Positions 31,020-41,730 are shown, counted from the first letter of the stretch. The stretch is 64,000 nt of DNA from Nitrosopumilaceae archaeon (GCA_965200155.1 CBDATR010000010.1:160001-224000), one strand, 5' to 3'. The notes: generated from the sequence alone by a model not told the origin. A program made the numbers and translations.

Positions 31020-31507
31020 CATGCTACCTCGTTCCTGGACAGTACCTGGCTTTGGCTTGTCACCATTATTTCCGCCCTGGCGCCTCCGGTTGGGCGGGGA
31101 ACGGTTCCCCCCGGACGACACGCTCTGCCGCCCCATACAGGGAAACCGGTTACTAAACGCCGCGTTGATATCGACGTGAAATTCCTGGTTGCATATTGAA
31201 TGTGTCCCTAGTTGATCGGATTTGTTGTCAACGTGTCCACACACGTGACAGGTCTGGTTCGTTGGGTGGGTAAACCGCCCCCTCATGTATCTCGCTGGCA
31301 CAGCCGCCAATTCAATCCCCGGTGCCTCGCACTTTTGTACTACTTTCCGGCGGAATTCCCCTAAACCCGGTTCTCGCGCATGGAACGGTTCATTGTTCTT
31401 TTCCGGTTCCCGCCATGACTGGTCATTGCTTTCGGTGATAAATCCTCTAGTACTACCTTGTCTGCACCTTTGGTGATCGCGTGGACCGTTCTATTCATGG
31501 AGTCGTT

Positions 31508-31599
31508 GTATGAGTTCACGTCTTCCGGAATCTTGTGCACAAATCACATTAACTGTCGCGATCAGTTGTGCGTAAATTTAGACACAGGTGAACTCATAC
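31508..31599 (-). mobile_element. 92-bp MITE-1, same junctions as 24499
   Basis: No TSD; flanks identical to copy A. Confidence 0.93.
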
Positions 31600-32504
31600 C
31601 GAATTGACGCTCCCTGCTCTTGTTAACTCGTTCCACTATCTTGAATGAGCGCATGTCCCGGGAATGATCGATTGGTTTGGTTGCTCTCACCACACCAATG
31701 CCCGGCAGGTATAATTCGTGAGAACCGCGCCTTATCGGCGGACTCACACAAGACAGTATTACTCTATTATTGTCACGCCGGTGTGGTATGTAATTAGAAT
31801 TATCCTCGTACGCGCGCCTGCACGCGACAGACACCTGTAGTATTGCATCCCGACCATAGCTGGTAACTCGCGCATCCACTCCAGATCAGGGCGCCACTTT
31901 GTCAATTCCAAGAGCAAACCATTCTTGTTGGACGGGTAAACCGTCCCCGGATAACCGTTCTAGAACGTGGTAGCTGATTCACGTATAATGAATCACCCTT
32001 CTTTAGGTCATATGGTAACTTGGTGGACTCGTTCTTATTCTTGACCTTGGCCGGATCATGCTTCAATTCAAGAGTGGTTCCGGGTATGTAGTAACCACCA
32101 AGACTGATCTCGGACACCGCTCTATTATAGACATAATCGGATGTGTAACCAAACATCTTTGCGCGCCGGGAGAACTCCTTATCATTTTTCAACGGTATAA
32201 TGACGGTCTGAATTATGTCACCCATCATCTGGCGATTCTACTCTAGTAGTTGTTCTATAAAACTACGGTCCCATACCCGGTAAAGACTTATGGTGGGCGC
32301 TATACAATACCCTTCTTGCATGCCACAGATTCATGGAACATACTACAGTATAGAAACAACTCATAAGATATTTGGATCTATATCTTTTAGGGCAAGAGAT
32401 ATTGTGCATAGGCGCTCACCAATTTCATGTATAAATCATTGCCAATCGTAGCTATCCGTCGTTCATGAATTAAAATTAAAATAATTTAAAAAATGTTTGA
32501 GCTA

Positions 32505-34025
32505 CTAATCTAGTGAATCAGTAAGACCAGTATATCTTTCGCCAGTGGGAGCCCATTGTCCGTTTTCGGTCTTGTACACTAGGTAATTTCCAAGTGCCAA
32601 GTCGCCCGCTTCATTGAGGGCACCGGCGCCGTTACTCTTCATGTTCTCAGCAACATTATGGATGACTGATTTTATAGCATCTACCTCTGCGCTTTGGGCT
32701 TCTATAATCGAAAGTCCCACTAGCCATACCGCGTCGTATGACGAATACACAAATGTGGATGGTCCTTTAACACCTGTTTCCTGTTCCAAATGCAGCTTTA
32801 GTCTGTAATCATCCCTTGATACGTCAGGTAGATATCCGACCAACTGTACCTGATCAACGAACTCCATGACTATGGAATCATTAATGTCGGGATTACCTAC
32901 AAAGGCCTCTGCCGTATACCACTGGACCATTCTTAGTATATCATAATCATTTGCGGTCTGTATAATGGGTATAGTATTATCAAATTCCACGATGAACACC
33001 GCTACCTTATCTTGCCCATACGCGTCAACGGCTTGCTGCACCTCATTAGCCAAGAAGGCTATCTCTGTAGAGAATTCAGCCTGATCTGGATTGAGTCTGA
33101 CTCCTTCATAACTTGCAAAGCCACGTTCCTCGAAGCTATTCCGTACTCCGTCCACCAAGAAATCACCATATGTGTCACCACGCCATATTGGAACGAATAC
33201 CTCGAATCCATTTGCTTCCATCAGTTTCGCGACTCCCTTGCTCTGAATGCGATCATCGGATACTACCCGGAATAAGTTGTCATCTGCAATCGCCAAGGCG
33301 GGTGATGTTGAGCAGCAACCTACCAGTAGCATGTTGTTTGTATTCGCGTATGGTAATACCTGAGTGACAGCTCCACTGCTTGCAGGCCCTATCACTATAT
33401 CAATGTTTTTTGCGTTTATAGCCTGTATCTTTTCAAAGCTTACAACAGGACTGGTTGTATTGTCCTCTTTGGTATGCGCAAAACTCCATGACTCACCTGT
33501 TGCTTCCAAGTAGTCATTAAAGTCATTAATTGCAAGTTCGGCGGCAGCGTCAATCTGTATTCCTATGGAAGACAAGTCTCCGGTTAACGGGTAAAGGGTA
33601 GCAATGCCAACCTCGCCCTCGACCATCATCATGTCGTCCATCATGGCGCCGTCTGCTGTTACAATTATCTCACCCAACATCCAGGGGTGAACACTACAGA
33701 AGTATGGGAATTTACCCTCCTCATCAAAGGTGTGTGAAAACTCGGTTCCCGGGCTGACAATATCACTGCTAAATACGCCATCAGGTCCGCCTTCTGCAAG
33801 AACTCCGCTTTCTATGAAATGGGCTGCATTATCTGGATTGTCCCAGATTACAGTATCACCCACGTTTATGGTAAGTGAATAGGGAAGAAAACATTCGTTG
33901 TTCGTTTCACATCCAGGTGCTGATGCGCCTTCTGCATTGGAAACTCGATACTCTTCTGCAAATGCTGAAGGCACTACCGCGCCAGCTGCTGTAACGATTA
34001 AAAGGACGTAAATTAAATTTCTCAT
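32505..34025 (-). CDS. Plastocyanin-like domain fused to a branched-chain amino-acid ABC-type substrate-binding domain
   Basis: YFCSVHPWM; PLTGDLS, VIGPASS, STSPAL, YDAVW. Confidence 0.85.
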   Translation of the reverse strand: MRNLIYVLLIVTAAGAVVPSAFAEEYRVSNAEGASAPGCETNNECFLPYSLTINVGDTVIWDNPDNAAHFIESGVLAEGGPDGVFSSDIVSPGTEFSHTFDEEGKFPYFCSVHPWMLGEIIVTADGAMMDDMMMVEGEVGIATLYPLTGDLSSIGIQIDAAAELAINDFNDYLEATGESWSFAHTKEDNTTSPVVSFEKIQAINAKNIDIVIGPASSGAVTQVLPYANTNNMLLVGCCSTSPALAIADDNLFRVVSDDRIQSKGVAKLMEANGFEVFVPIWRGDTYGDFLVDGVRNSFEERGFASYEGVRLNPDQAEFSTEIAFLANEVQQAVDAYGQDKVAVFIVEFDNTIPIIQTANDYDILRMVQWYTAEAFVGNPDINDSIVMEFVDQVQLVGYLPDVSRDDYRLKLHLEQETGVKGPSTFVYSSYDAVWLVGLSIIEAQSAEVDAIKSVIHNVAENMKSNGAGALNEAGDLALGNYLVYKTENGQWAPTGERYTGLTDSLD

Positions 34026-34156
34026 TGCTTCACCACATTATACATCCTTTAAAAAACTATTACATAGGACAGTATTCAATTAGGTAGGTAAAACAGCAGC
34101 ACTCAAACTAATTATGTATAAAATCCATAGAAATAGCATATACTTAATCGAAAACA

Positions 34157-34560
34157 GGCAAAGCATTCCCGGTTAACATGCGATATGATCACAATTACAA
34201 CAGTAAAACATAAGATTTTGGATAAAAATCAGAAAATTATGCGCAGTCATAATGTGCCCCGTATTTTGCGATATTAAAAACAGAAATTATCCCGGTGCCG
34301 GCAATAACCCAAAGGGTTCCTTTTCCCATTCTTATCTGAGGTCACATTATGACCAGGTTCACATCAGCACATATGGCCTGATACTGCTGGTAGAACACGT
34401 CGATCGTCCCGATGAATACGGTTGACATTTTGGTTCACATTTCGTCCTGCCTATGGTACGCTCCACAGCTGATCTTGACTTGCCCACCGTAGCGTTGTGT
34501 TCCTTCTAATCATCGGTCAGCTTGCCATTCCTGGGTTTCTTGACTCCCTGGACCAATATT
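34157..34560 (-). pseudogene. IS5/ISL2-like transposase 3' remnant
   Basis: Inverted homologue of ~51575-51978. Confidence 0.7.
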
Positions 34561-34582
34561 AGACCTTATGCGCATAATTGAC

Positions 34583-34674
34583 GTATGAGTTCACGTATTC
34601 CGGAATCTTATACACAAATCACATTAACTGTCGCGATCAGTTATGCGTAAATTTAGACACAGGTGAACTCATAC
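34583..34674 (-). mobile_element. 92-bp MITE-1
   Basis: TSD TAATTGAC. Confidence 0.95.
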
Positions 34675-34841
34675 TAATTGACAGTAACAGCCCATGTTGC
34701 TTCAAACTGGGGTGTATTTTATTGCACACAATCAGTCAAGCATGAACAAACCAATGTGAGTGACACCAGCCAGCACTAACGTATGCCGTGATTGCAAATG
34801 TCGTGTAGTGGGGCGACCGGATCTTGATTACGTATATCATG

Positions 34842-34933
34842 GTATGAGTTCACATCTTCCGGAATCTTGTGCACAAATCACATTAACTGTCGCGATCAGT
34901 TGTGCGTAAATTTAGACACAGGTGAACTCATAC
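34842..34933 (-). mobile_element. 92-bp MITE-1 with adjacent deletion
   Basis: No TSD; right junction equivalent to that of the 392 copy. Confidence 0.92.
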
Positions 34934-34980
34934 AAACGGTTACGCGTACTTGTACAGGATGTCGTGATGCATATCTGTGA

Positions 34981-36207
34981 CTATGGTTTAAACTTTCTAA
35001 ACATTGATTTCTTTTTATTTTCAGAGATTTTTTCAAGAACTCTCTCTCTGTAATACGTGGCTCTTCTATTCTCTGGTTCCAATTCTAATACTTTGTCATA
35101 GCACTTTAATGATTCCTCAAGTCGATTCAGAGACAACAGTATTTTTCCCCTATAACTAATTGCATAAGCATATATTGGATTTATGACTAATGCTTGATCA
35201 CAATAAATCAATGCCTCATCATATCGCTTCTCATGCTCTAATATCCACACCATACTACAAATGGCTTTTATGTTGTCTGGCTCAATGGATATAGCTTTTT
35301 TACAAAACAATACTGCTGCCTTAACATTCTTAGTAGAGTATAATGAGACGCCCTTACTATACAATGCCCGCACATTGTCAGAATCAGTTTGAAGTGCCAT
35401 GTCAAAACATTCTAGCGCCTTTTTGAACATACCCTTACGATCGCATATCAGGCCTTTGGTTATGAGGGCATCAATATTGTGAGGTTCCGCCTCCAATGCT
35501 TTATCTAGATACGGAAATACTTCTTTAACACTGAAGCCTGCCATGTCTAGCGTCCATGCTTTTGATATCAGCGCCCGTGTGTTTTTAGGATCGAGCTCAA
35601 GCGCTCTTGTATACCATCTTAGTGCTCCCTCGTATTTCCCAGATTTGGCTAATTGTGCACCATTTTCATACATTTGCATGGACTTTGCGCAGTCCTCTCC
35701 AATTGCCTTGTTAAGATATATGATAGATTCCTGTTCTCTTCCCATTCTTCCAAGTACTTGACTCTGCGCATATAGGGCTCCAGTATTGGAATTATGCCGC
35801 CTAAGTATGGCATCTAGTATCCGTAGTGCTGCATCATGTTGGCCTATGTGACTCTTACACGATGCAATAGCTATTAGCGCCTCTGCGTGATTGGAATCCT
35901 TTTGCTGTATCTTCCGGAGAGATGAGATGGCATCCTCGTAGTTACCCAATCTCTCAAGTGCAAGACCGCGCCAGTACAGTGCCTCGCCCAACTTGTTGGC
36001 ACATATTAGCGCCGCATCAAAATGTTTTACCGATTGTTCATAATGTCCTGTCTTGTATTGAACTATACCTTTTCGTAGGTTGGCAGTAGAGTTCTTGGAG
36101 TTTATCCGTAACGCCTTTTCAAAGTTGATCATTGCTTTTTTATACTCACCATATTCTTCCCAATATGCCCCTTTGTTTATGTAGTACCACTCGTTCTTTG
36201 ACATCAA
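34981..36207 (-). CDS. TPR-repeat protein
   Basis: Repeated KG..L...G.Y..A...FD.AL units. Confidence 0.9.
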   Translation of the reverse strand: MMSKNEWYYINKGAYWEEYGEYKKAMINFEKALRINSKNSTANLRKGIVQYKTGHYEQSVKHFDAALICANKLGEALYWRGLALERLGNYEDAISSLRKIQQKDSNHAEALIAIASCKSHIGQHDAALRILDAILRRHNSNTGALYAQSQVLGRMGREQESIIYLNKAIGEDCAKSMQMYENGAQLAKSGKYEGALRWYTRALELDPKNTRALISKAWTLDMAGFSVKEVFPYLDKALEAEPHNIDALITKGLICDRKGMFKKALECFDMALQTDSDNVRALYSKGVSLYSTKNVKAAVLFCKKAISIEPDNIKAICSMVWILEHEKRYDEALIYCDQALVINPIYAYAISYRGKILLSLNRLEESLKCYDKVLELEPENRRATYYRERVLEKISENKKKSMFRKFKP

Positions 36208-36394
36208 CAGTGTTGTTTTAACCTGTAATTATTTTTAATCTTATAGTGGAGTTTATCCAAATAAGCCAACGAATTCACGGAAATGGTGTGGTGTGCACTT
36301 ATCCTTTACCAATGTCAGGCTAGGTGCTATAGCGAACACAATAAGTCTTTGACATACAAGACTAGGATTGTATGTGATAAATGGCAAATTTGTT

Positions 36395-36486
36395 GTATGA
36401 GTTCACGTCTTCCGGAATCTTATGCACAAATCACATTAACTGTCGCGATCAGTTATGCGTAAATTTAGACACAGGTGAACTCATAC
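36395..36486 (-). mobile_element. 92-bp MITE-1
   Basis: TIRs; no TSD. Confidence 0.93.
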
Positions 36487-36868
36487 AATTCTGGAGCGTA
36501 CTCAAGAGGTGGATGGATCACTCCCTACGATATTCGGATATCAATTACCACAAGTAGGCAGTGTATGATTTCAAAGATGGCCATAAGTTCGATTATGATT
36601 TTAACAAATTCTGGAACAGTAAACCAGCTGATGGATTAATGCTGCCAATCACGGAATCAGTACGCAAGGGTGAACCCAGTGATTCAAAAACAGAAAAAAC
36701 GGTTCAAAAAGTGCAGGCGGTGTGGAAAGCACATCCGCATCGGCCAGTATGACACAAAAGGCCAAACTAGGTGACCCACAAAGTAGTTGGTACACCATTT
36801 CATGCCACTCTGATCAGGGAATAAGTGGTGGATTTTTGTGCGTGATCGTTCTGGAGACCCATAGCATA

Positions 36869-36969
36869 GTATGAGTTCACGTCTTCCGGAATCTTATGCA
36901 CAAATCACATTAACTAGAACAACCTGTTCCATCAGTTATGCGTAAATTTAGACACAGGTGAACTCATAC
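36869..36969 (-). mobile_element. 101-bp MITE-1 variant
   Basis: TSD 7/8 (ATAGCATA/ATAACATA); central GTCGCG replaced by AGAACAACCTGTTCC. Confidence 0.9.
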
Positions 36970-37156
36970 ATAACATATGCACAGTCATTATACGCCGCTA
37001 AACTCATCATGAAGTATTCCATGTCCATAAAGTATGGTCGAGTACATTACTTACATCTGCTGATTCAGCCTGTCTGCCATTCCCTGTTGTGATATTTTAT
37101 GGAAAATCACCGCCAAGACTTATGGTGACTGCTATATGGCAGTATAACTGCTGATT

Positions 37157-37726
37157 CTACTCACTTGGGAACTTTTTTACAAGAACAAAGCGCGGCTCGT
37201 CCGGCTCTATATCCGGGTGCATGGATACGTTACTTATTATATTCCCGCGGTATGCCTGCCAGCGCCTAGCCATGTCCCGATACCGGTATGCCCCGGATAC
37301 GGGCGCCTCGTCTTTGCGGTACACCTCACAGCTCATTATGTATGACCTTGAGATACGGTACATCTCGGCCATTCCTGCCTCCAGCGTATCATCGTCCAGA
37401 TAATTTAGTAGTTGGTGAGTGAATACCATATCCACCGACGAATCCGCCAGTGGAAGCTGTGTTATATCACCCACACGAAAGTCACCCCGGGTTTCCAGTG
37501 TGCGTGCAATCTGTAGTGCAAGTATGTTTACGTCCATGCCCAAGATTCGGATATTATCGGGCATCATCCGGAGATCTATTCCGGTGCCGCACCCAATCTC
37601 CAGTACGCTCTGGCAGCGCAGGGACGTGACCAAGCCACTGACGAACTGGGCAAAATTTTGGTTATACCTATTCTCATTCTCCAGGGCATACTTGTTCCAG
37701 TATGCCTCGTCATACTCCATATTCAT
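37157..37726 (-). CDS. Class I SAM-dependent methyltransferase
   Basis: VLEIGCGTG; LPLADSSVDMV. Confidence 0.88.
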   Translation of the reverse strand: MNMEYDEAYWNKYALENENRYNQNFAQFVSGLVTSLRCQSVLEIGCGTGIDLRMMPDNIRILGMDVNILALQIARTLETRGDFRVGDITQLPLADSSVDMVFTHQLLNYLDDDTLEAGMAEMYRISRSYIMSCEVYRKDEAPVSGAYRYRDMARRWQAYRGNIISNVSMHPDIEPDEPRFVLVKKFPSE

Positions 37727-37972
37727 TCACAGGCATGAGTCACATTTGCACTTTATCATTATGGTGTCAAAGGTACAATCATGTGGACCCTCGGAATGGG
37801 AGTGCGCGGGTATAACTTTCATGCAATCATGGTGCCGTCCCTTCTTACAGAACCAGCATACTGAACCAGCTGGAACAGACTCGCATCTCACGGCTGTGTT
37901 TGGGAATATGGTATATTTAGGTGCTCATGGGGGCCGCCCAACTTATTTACAGACTCACGATATAGGGATATC

Positions 37973-38179
37973 ATGAACTGGACACTGGGTTTCGCGGCTC
38001 TGATATGCCTGGTGGTAGGATTGGTGGGTCAAGCCTTTGAGATGCGCCGCATACGTCAGACACAATACTTCGAGGACGAGATTGGCTCGCCGTCCATATT
38101 TGCCGATAGACGAAATTTCAAGTGGTACGGAGTGATAGGAGCGGGTGTCGTACTCTGGTATGCAGCAGAAAGAATGTAA
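37973..38179 (+). CDS. Small two-TM protein
   Basis: Clean ORF; GQAFEMR. Confidence 0.65.
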   Translation: MNWTLGFAALICLVVGLVGQAFEMRRIRQTQYFEDEIGSPSIFADRRNFKWYGVIGAGVVLWYAAERM

Positions 38180-38182
38180 GTG

Positions 38183-38977
38183 TTAGGAGGAGCCGGACAG
38201 GAAACGGGCGGTATTCTTTCCGGCCTCAGTCAGTGAGACATACCTGTTGCGGCCGCGCTTTTCCACATCAAGAAATCCCCAGTTGATCAAGGGACGTACA
38301 AGATTTTGGTCCATACTGGCAAGGCTGCCGGCTTCCGCATTACCCTGGGCACCCACTATAATATGATCCGAGTGTGAATTCATTGCATTATCATCTTGAC
38401 CGCGTATCATTATGATGCCCGCCTTTCTGAGCTGGCTTAGCAAGTCTATCTTGCGTACGGGACTTTGTGCCTCATATACTATCTTTAGGGTCTCTATCTG
38501 TATGGGCGAGGGTATACGGATATCATACTTTGGCATGTCCTGTATCTGCTTGACGCCGCTGGACAGGGGCTGGGTCTTCTCCTGGCGGTGATAGGTCTCC
38601 GGCTCTACATAGTACGAGTGGACATTGCCATCTCTGTTGAACATCATGCAAGCCATGACACACCCCACGGCCTGCATCTTGGAGCCGGAAGAAAGGTTGA
38701 CGAATATGTTGTTGTTGGTCTCTTCCTGTATTATCTCCCTAGTCGCCCGTATTATATCGAATAAATCCATCCGGTCGTGGGGCTTTTCGAGTACCTCAAT
38801 CTGTTCCTTCTCCAGCCTCTCCTGAATTATATCCTGGTATTGCTTGGCCTTACGGTCACTGTTATGCGCCATGAGCCAGACCCGATCCGCCTTGCGCTGC
38901 TCGGCGGGTATTACTATCCGGTCAGTCTCAAAGCCCACCGGAGCCACATGAACTCGCAGGGACGTAACCACATTCAT
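38183..38977 (-). CDS. DUF6293/HFX_2341-like CARF-fold plus wHTH regulator
   Basis: HVAPVGFETDRI, VNLSSGSK, YYVEPE.Y, C-terminal LTEAG. Confidence 0.75.
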   Translation of the reverse strand: MNVVTSLRVHVAPVGFETDRIVIPAEQRKADRVWLMAHNSDRKAKQYQDIIQERLEKEQIEVLEKPHDRMDLFDIIRATREIIQEETNNNIFVNLSSGSKMQAVGCVMACMMFNRDGNVHSYYVEPETYHRQEKTQPLSSGVKQIQDMPKYDIRIPSPIQIETLKIVYEAQSPVRKIDLLSQLRKAGIIMIRGQDDNAMNSHSDHIIVGAQGNAEAGSLASMDQNLVRPLINWGFLDVEKRGRNRYVSLTEAGKNTARFLSGSS

Positions 38978-39024
38978 GATGATATTGTAATATAAACAGT
39001 ATTTATACTAATCTAATAATTTGA

Positions 39025-39771
39025 CTATTCCCGGTTACGAAAGGGATTATTTGTATGTGGATCATTATTTCGGTAGGCCTCCAGCTCGTTTAGGCACAGT
39101 TGGTGAAAGACGGAGTGACCATTCTGTTTGGCCTGCGAGATAATATCGTTAATCTCCGAGTCCGGCATACCCTGTGCCGCCAGAAAGGAGTGATCCTGCA
39201 TGCCCATGTTATCATATATGGAGGCGCGTGTCATGGCCACATCCTGAAGATTACGATCAAGGCGTAGCGCCATATCATAGTATGTCAGGGCGTCATGAAA
39301 TTTTCCCAGTTGCTCAAGAGACAGCGCCCTGTTTAGAAGGGCAGTCATGTTATTGGGGTCCTGGAGAAGTACACACTCAAAGTATTCATTGGCGTCAGCG
39401 TACCGATCCAGCTCCACAGATGCAAGACCGGCGCTGTTGAGGGTCCAGATATCGTTGGGCTCTGTATCCAGTATTGTATCGCAGCATTCCAGGACGCCAG
39501 TGTGTTTATGCAGGTTCTCCAGGGCATATACCTTGTTTTTTAGTGCATAGGTATCCTTGCCATCCATATTTAGTACCGCATCGCAATAAGTCAAAGCCTC
39601 CTGGAACAGTCGCAGGTGCAGGCAGGCCATTGCAATATTCTGTAGTGCCAGCATGTTGCGAGGGTCTTTTTGTAGTAACGTGTTGCAGTAGTCGCGCAGC
39701 TCCGCAAACCGTCCTGCGTCGTGTAGTGTGGTGATTACAGTGGATGGATCCAGCGAGTGTGCCACAGGCAC
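39025..39771 (-). CDS. TPR-repeat protein
   Basis: TPR consensus units. Confidence 0.85.
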   Translation of the reverse strand: MPVAHSLDPSTVITTLHDAGRFAELRDYCNTLLQKDPRNMLALQNIAMACLHLRLFQEALTYCDAVLNMDGKDTYALKNKVYALENLHKHTGVLECCDTILDTEPNDIWTLNSAGLASVELDRYADANEYFECVLLQDPNNMTALLNRALSLEQLGKFHDALTYYDMALRLDRNLQDVAMTRASIYDNMGMQDHSFLAAQGMPDSEINDIISQAKQNGHSVFHQLCLNELEAYRNNDPHTNNPFRNRE

Positions 39772-39806
39772 ACTATGTCATGGAGTTATAAAAATACAAG
39801 ATAAAG

Positions 39807-40643
39807 TCATGATTTGGCCTTGCCAGCAACATCTAGAACCGCCAAGGCCCGTTTGTAGTGTACCTCGTCAATCATTTTGCCATCAAGAGTGGTGGCTCCA
39901 CGTCCCCCGGCCCTTGTGTTCTCATATGTATCGCGTACACGGCGAGCCCAGTCCAGTTCCGGCGTGGTGGGCGCAAATATATCATGGGCAATACCTACCT
40001 GGTCCGGGTGTATCAGTGACTTGCCAGCGTATCCCAGTCGGCGGCCCAACATACAGTCATTACGAAAACCGCCAGCATCCCGTATATCCTGCCAGACGCC
40101 ATCAATGGCTGGAATTCCGGCGGCAGCGGCATCCAGGGGCACCTTGGTACGGCCATACGCAGTGGCGGCAGTCTGGGCAGAGTACTCTATACCCATGTCG
40201 TGGAGCAAGTCAAATATTCCAAATACCAGTGCACGTATCATGGAGTTGTAGGTGGCTATGGGGTAACAGTTTACCACTCCCAATGCCGACTCTATGGACG
40301 GTATTATGCCAATGTTAGGAGCCAGGGTTTGAATAGTATCCAGATCCACGGGGCGATTCACTTTGGGAACAACTATACCCTCAAGTCCCGGTCTTGTCAC
40401 CGCCCCCAGATCCGCCTCCAAAAGACCGGAGGCTGGACTGTTAGTACGAACGTATACGCTGGATGAGAAGCCGCCGGAGTCCAAGGACGAGGCTATCATG
40501 TCCCGGGCATTTCCCTTCTCTTCCGGGGGAACAGAGTCTTCCAGATCCAAGCATATAATATCCGCCTGTAGGGCACGGGCTTTGTCAAGGAACCGCTTGT
40601 TGTTTCCCGGTACAAAAATAATGCTGCGGAGTAAGTTATACAT
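39807..40643 (-). CDS. CitE/HpcH family CoA-ester lyase
   Basis: RSIIFVPG, LDLEDSV, IESA, GKSLIHPDQ. Confidence 0.9.
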   Translation of the reverse strand: MYNLLRSIIFVPGNNKRFLDKARALQADIICLDLEDSVPPEEKGNARDMIASSLDSGGFSSSVYVRTNSPASGLLEADLGAVTRPGLEGIVVPKVNRPVDLDTIQTLAPNIGIIPSIESALGVVNCYPIATYNSMIRALVFGIFDLLHDMGIEYSAQTAATAYGRTKVPLDAAAAGIPAIDGVWQDIRDAGGFRNDCMLGRRLGYAGKSLIHPDQVGIAHDIFAPTTPELDWARRVRDTYENTRAGGRGATTLDGKMIDEVHYKRALAVLDVAGKAKS

Positions 40644-40656
40644 GCATTAGTAAAGG

Positions 40657-41730
40657 CTAATCGGGCTTTAATAGTATCTTGCCGAACATACCCCTGCCGT
40701 TAAGCATCTTGGTATGCGCTTCTGCAGCTTGCTCAAAGGGGTAAACCGAGTCTATAACCGACTTTATGTGACCGCGACCCATCCAAAAGAGGCCCTGTTC
40801 CAGTTCAGCTTTGGTACCCTGAGTGGCTCCCAGTATGTTGGTTCCCTTGAAGAATATGTGACGGAGATCCGTCTTGGCGTCATATCCGGTGGTTGCCCCA
40901 CAGGAGACCAAGGTAGCACCATACTTGAGTAGAGTTAGTTGCTTGTTCCAGTGTGTCTCGCCGATGTGATCAAATGACGTATCTATGCCTGGCAGAGTTC
41001 CCTTCTCCTTGGCAAGCTTCTTTGAGATGGACCAGACTTCCTTGTGCCAATCATCCTTGCGATGATCTACAGCATAGTCTGCCCCCAAGTCCTTGAGCTT
41101 GCCCAGTTTGTCACCGCTGGCGGTAGCTATCACGTCACAGTTGTAGAGCTTGGCTATCTGGATTCCAAAGGTGCCAACGCCGGAGCCACCACCCATTATA
41201 AGGACGGTTTGGCCTGGAATTATTTTGGCCCTTCCCACCAGCATATGCCAGGCAGTCAGTATGGTCATGGATGCGGCTGCAGCGTCATCGTATGATACGC
41301 CATTAGGTATCTTTGTGACATTTGCTTCTGGCAGGTGAACCCGCTCTGCATATGCGCCCCACAGTGGACCGGTTTGGAAACCCCAGATAGTCCTACTGGG
41401 ACAATCAAACTCCCTTCCGTCGGTACATAATTGGCACACACGACAAGCTAAGTTTGCATGGGAGACCACACGGTCGCCCACCTTAATGTTCCTGACATCA
41501 TCGCCTACTGCGACTACATCTCCTGCTGCATCAGAGCCGGATATATGGGGTAGTTTAACGGGCACAGGTGCGCCTCTCATACCCCAAATATCGTTGTAGT
41601 TCAGTGCAGCAGATTTTACCTCAAATATCACCTCATCGGGTTTGGGTACAGGATCGTCTATATCCTCAACATTCAATATCTTGGAATAGTCATCATCAGG
41701 TGCATATTCATGGTATACAACAGCTTTCAT
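40657..41730 (-). CDS. Zinc-binding medium-chain dehydrogenase/reductase
   Basis: MKAV start; C..C..C.......C; GGGSGVG. Confidence 0.9.
   Translation of the reverse strand: MKAVVYHEYAPDDDYSKILNVEDIDDPVPKPDEVIFEVKSAALNYNDIWGMRGAPVPVKLPHISGSDAAGDVVAVGDDVRNIKVGDRVVSHANLACRVCQLCTDGREFDCPSRTIWGFQTGPLWGAYAERVHLPEANVTKIPNGVSYDDAAAASMTILTAWHMLVGRAKIIPGQTVLIMGGGSGVGTFGIQIAKLYNCDVIATASGDKLGKLKDLGADYAVDHRKDDWHKEVWSISKKLAKEKGTLPGIDTSFDHIGETHWNKQLTLLKYGATLVSCGATTGYDAKTDLRHIFFKGTNILGATQGTKAELEQGLFWMGRGHIKSVIDSVYPFEQAAEAHTKMLNGRGMFGKILLKPD

Larger units (their letters stand above)
30892..32304 (-). mobile_element. tnpB: TIR-bounded tnpB element, copy B
   Basis: Near-identical to 23983-25295 plus 100 bp (MITE and TSD); unrelated flanks. 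Confidence 0.85.
36328..37136. mobile_element. MITE-2-type TIR pair enclosing two MITE-1 copies and an unidentified gene fragment
   Basis: TATAGCGAACACAATAAGTCTTT ... AAGACTTATGGTGACTGCTATA. Confidence 0.65.

Noticed and set aside
23983-32304. The two tnpB copies as a segmental duplication or as ends of one composite transposon
   Set aside because: Identity stops exactly at the TIRs, each copy has its own TA flanks, and the genes between them look like resident genes, including a core carbon-fixation enzyme.
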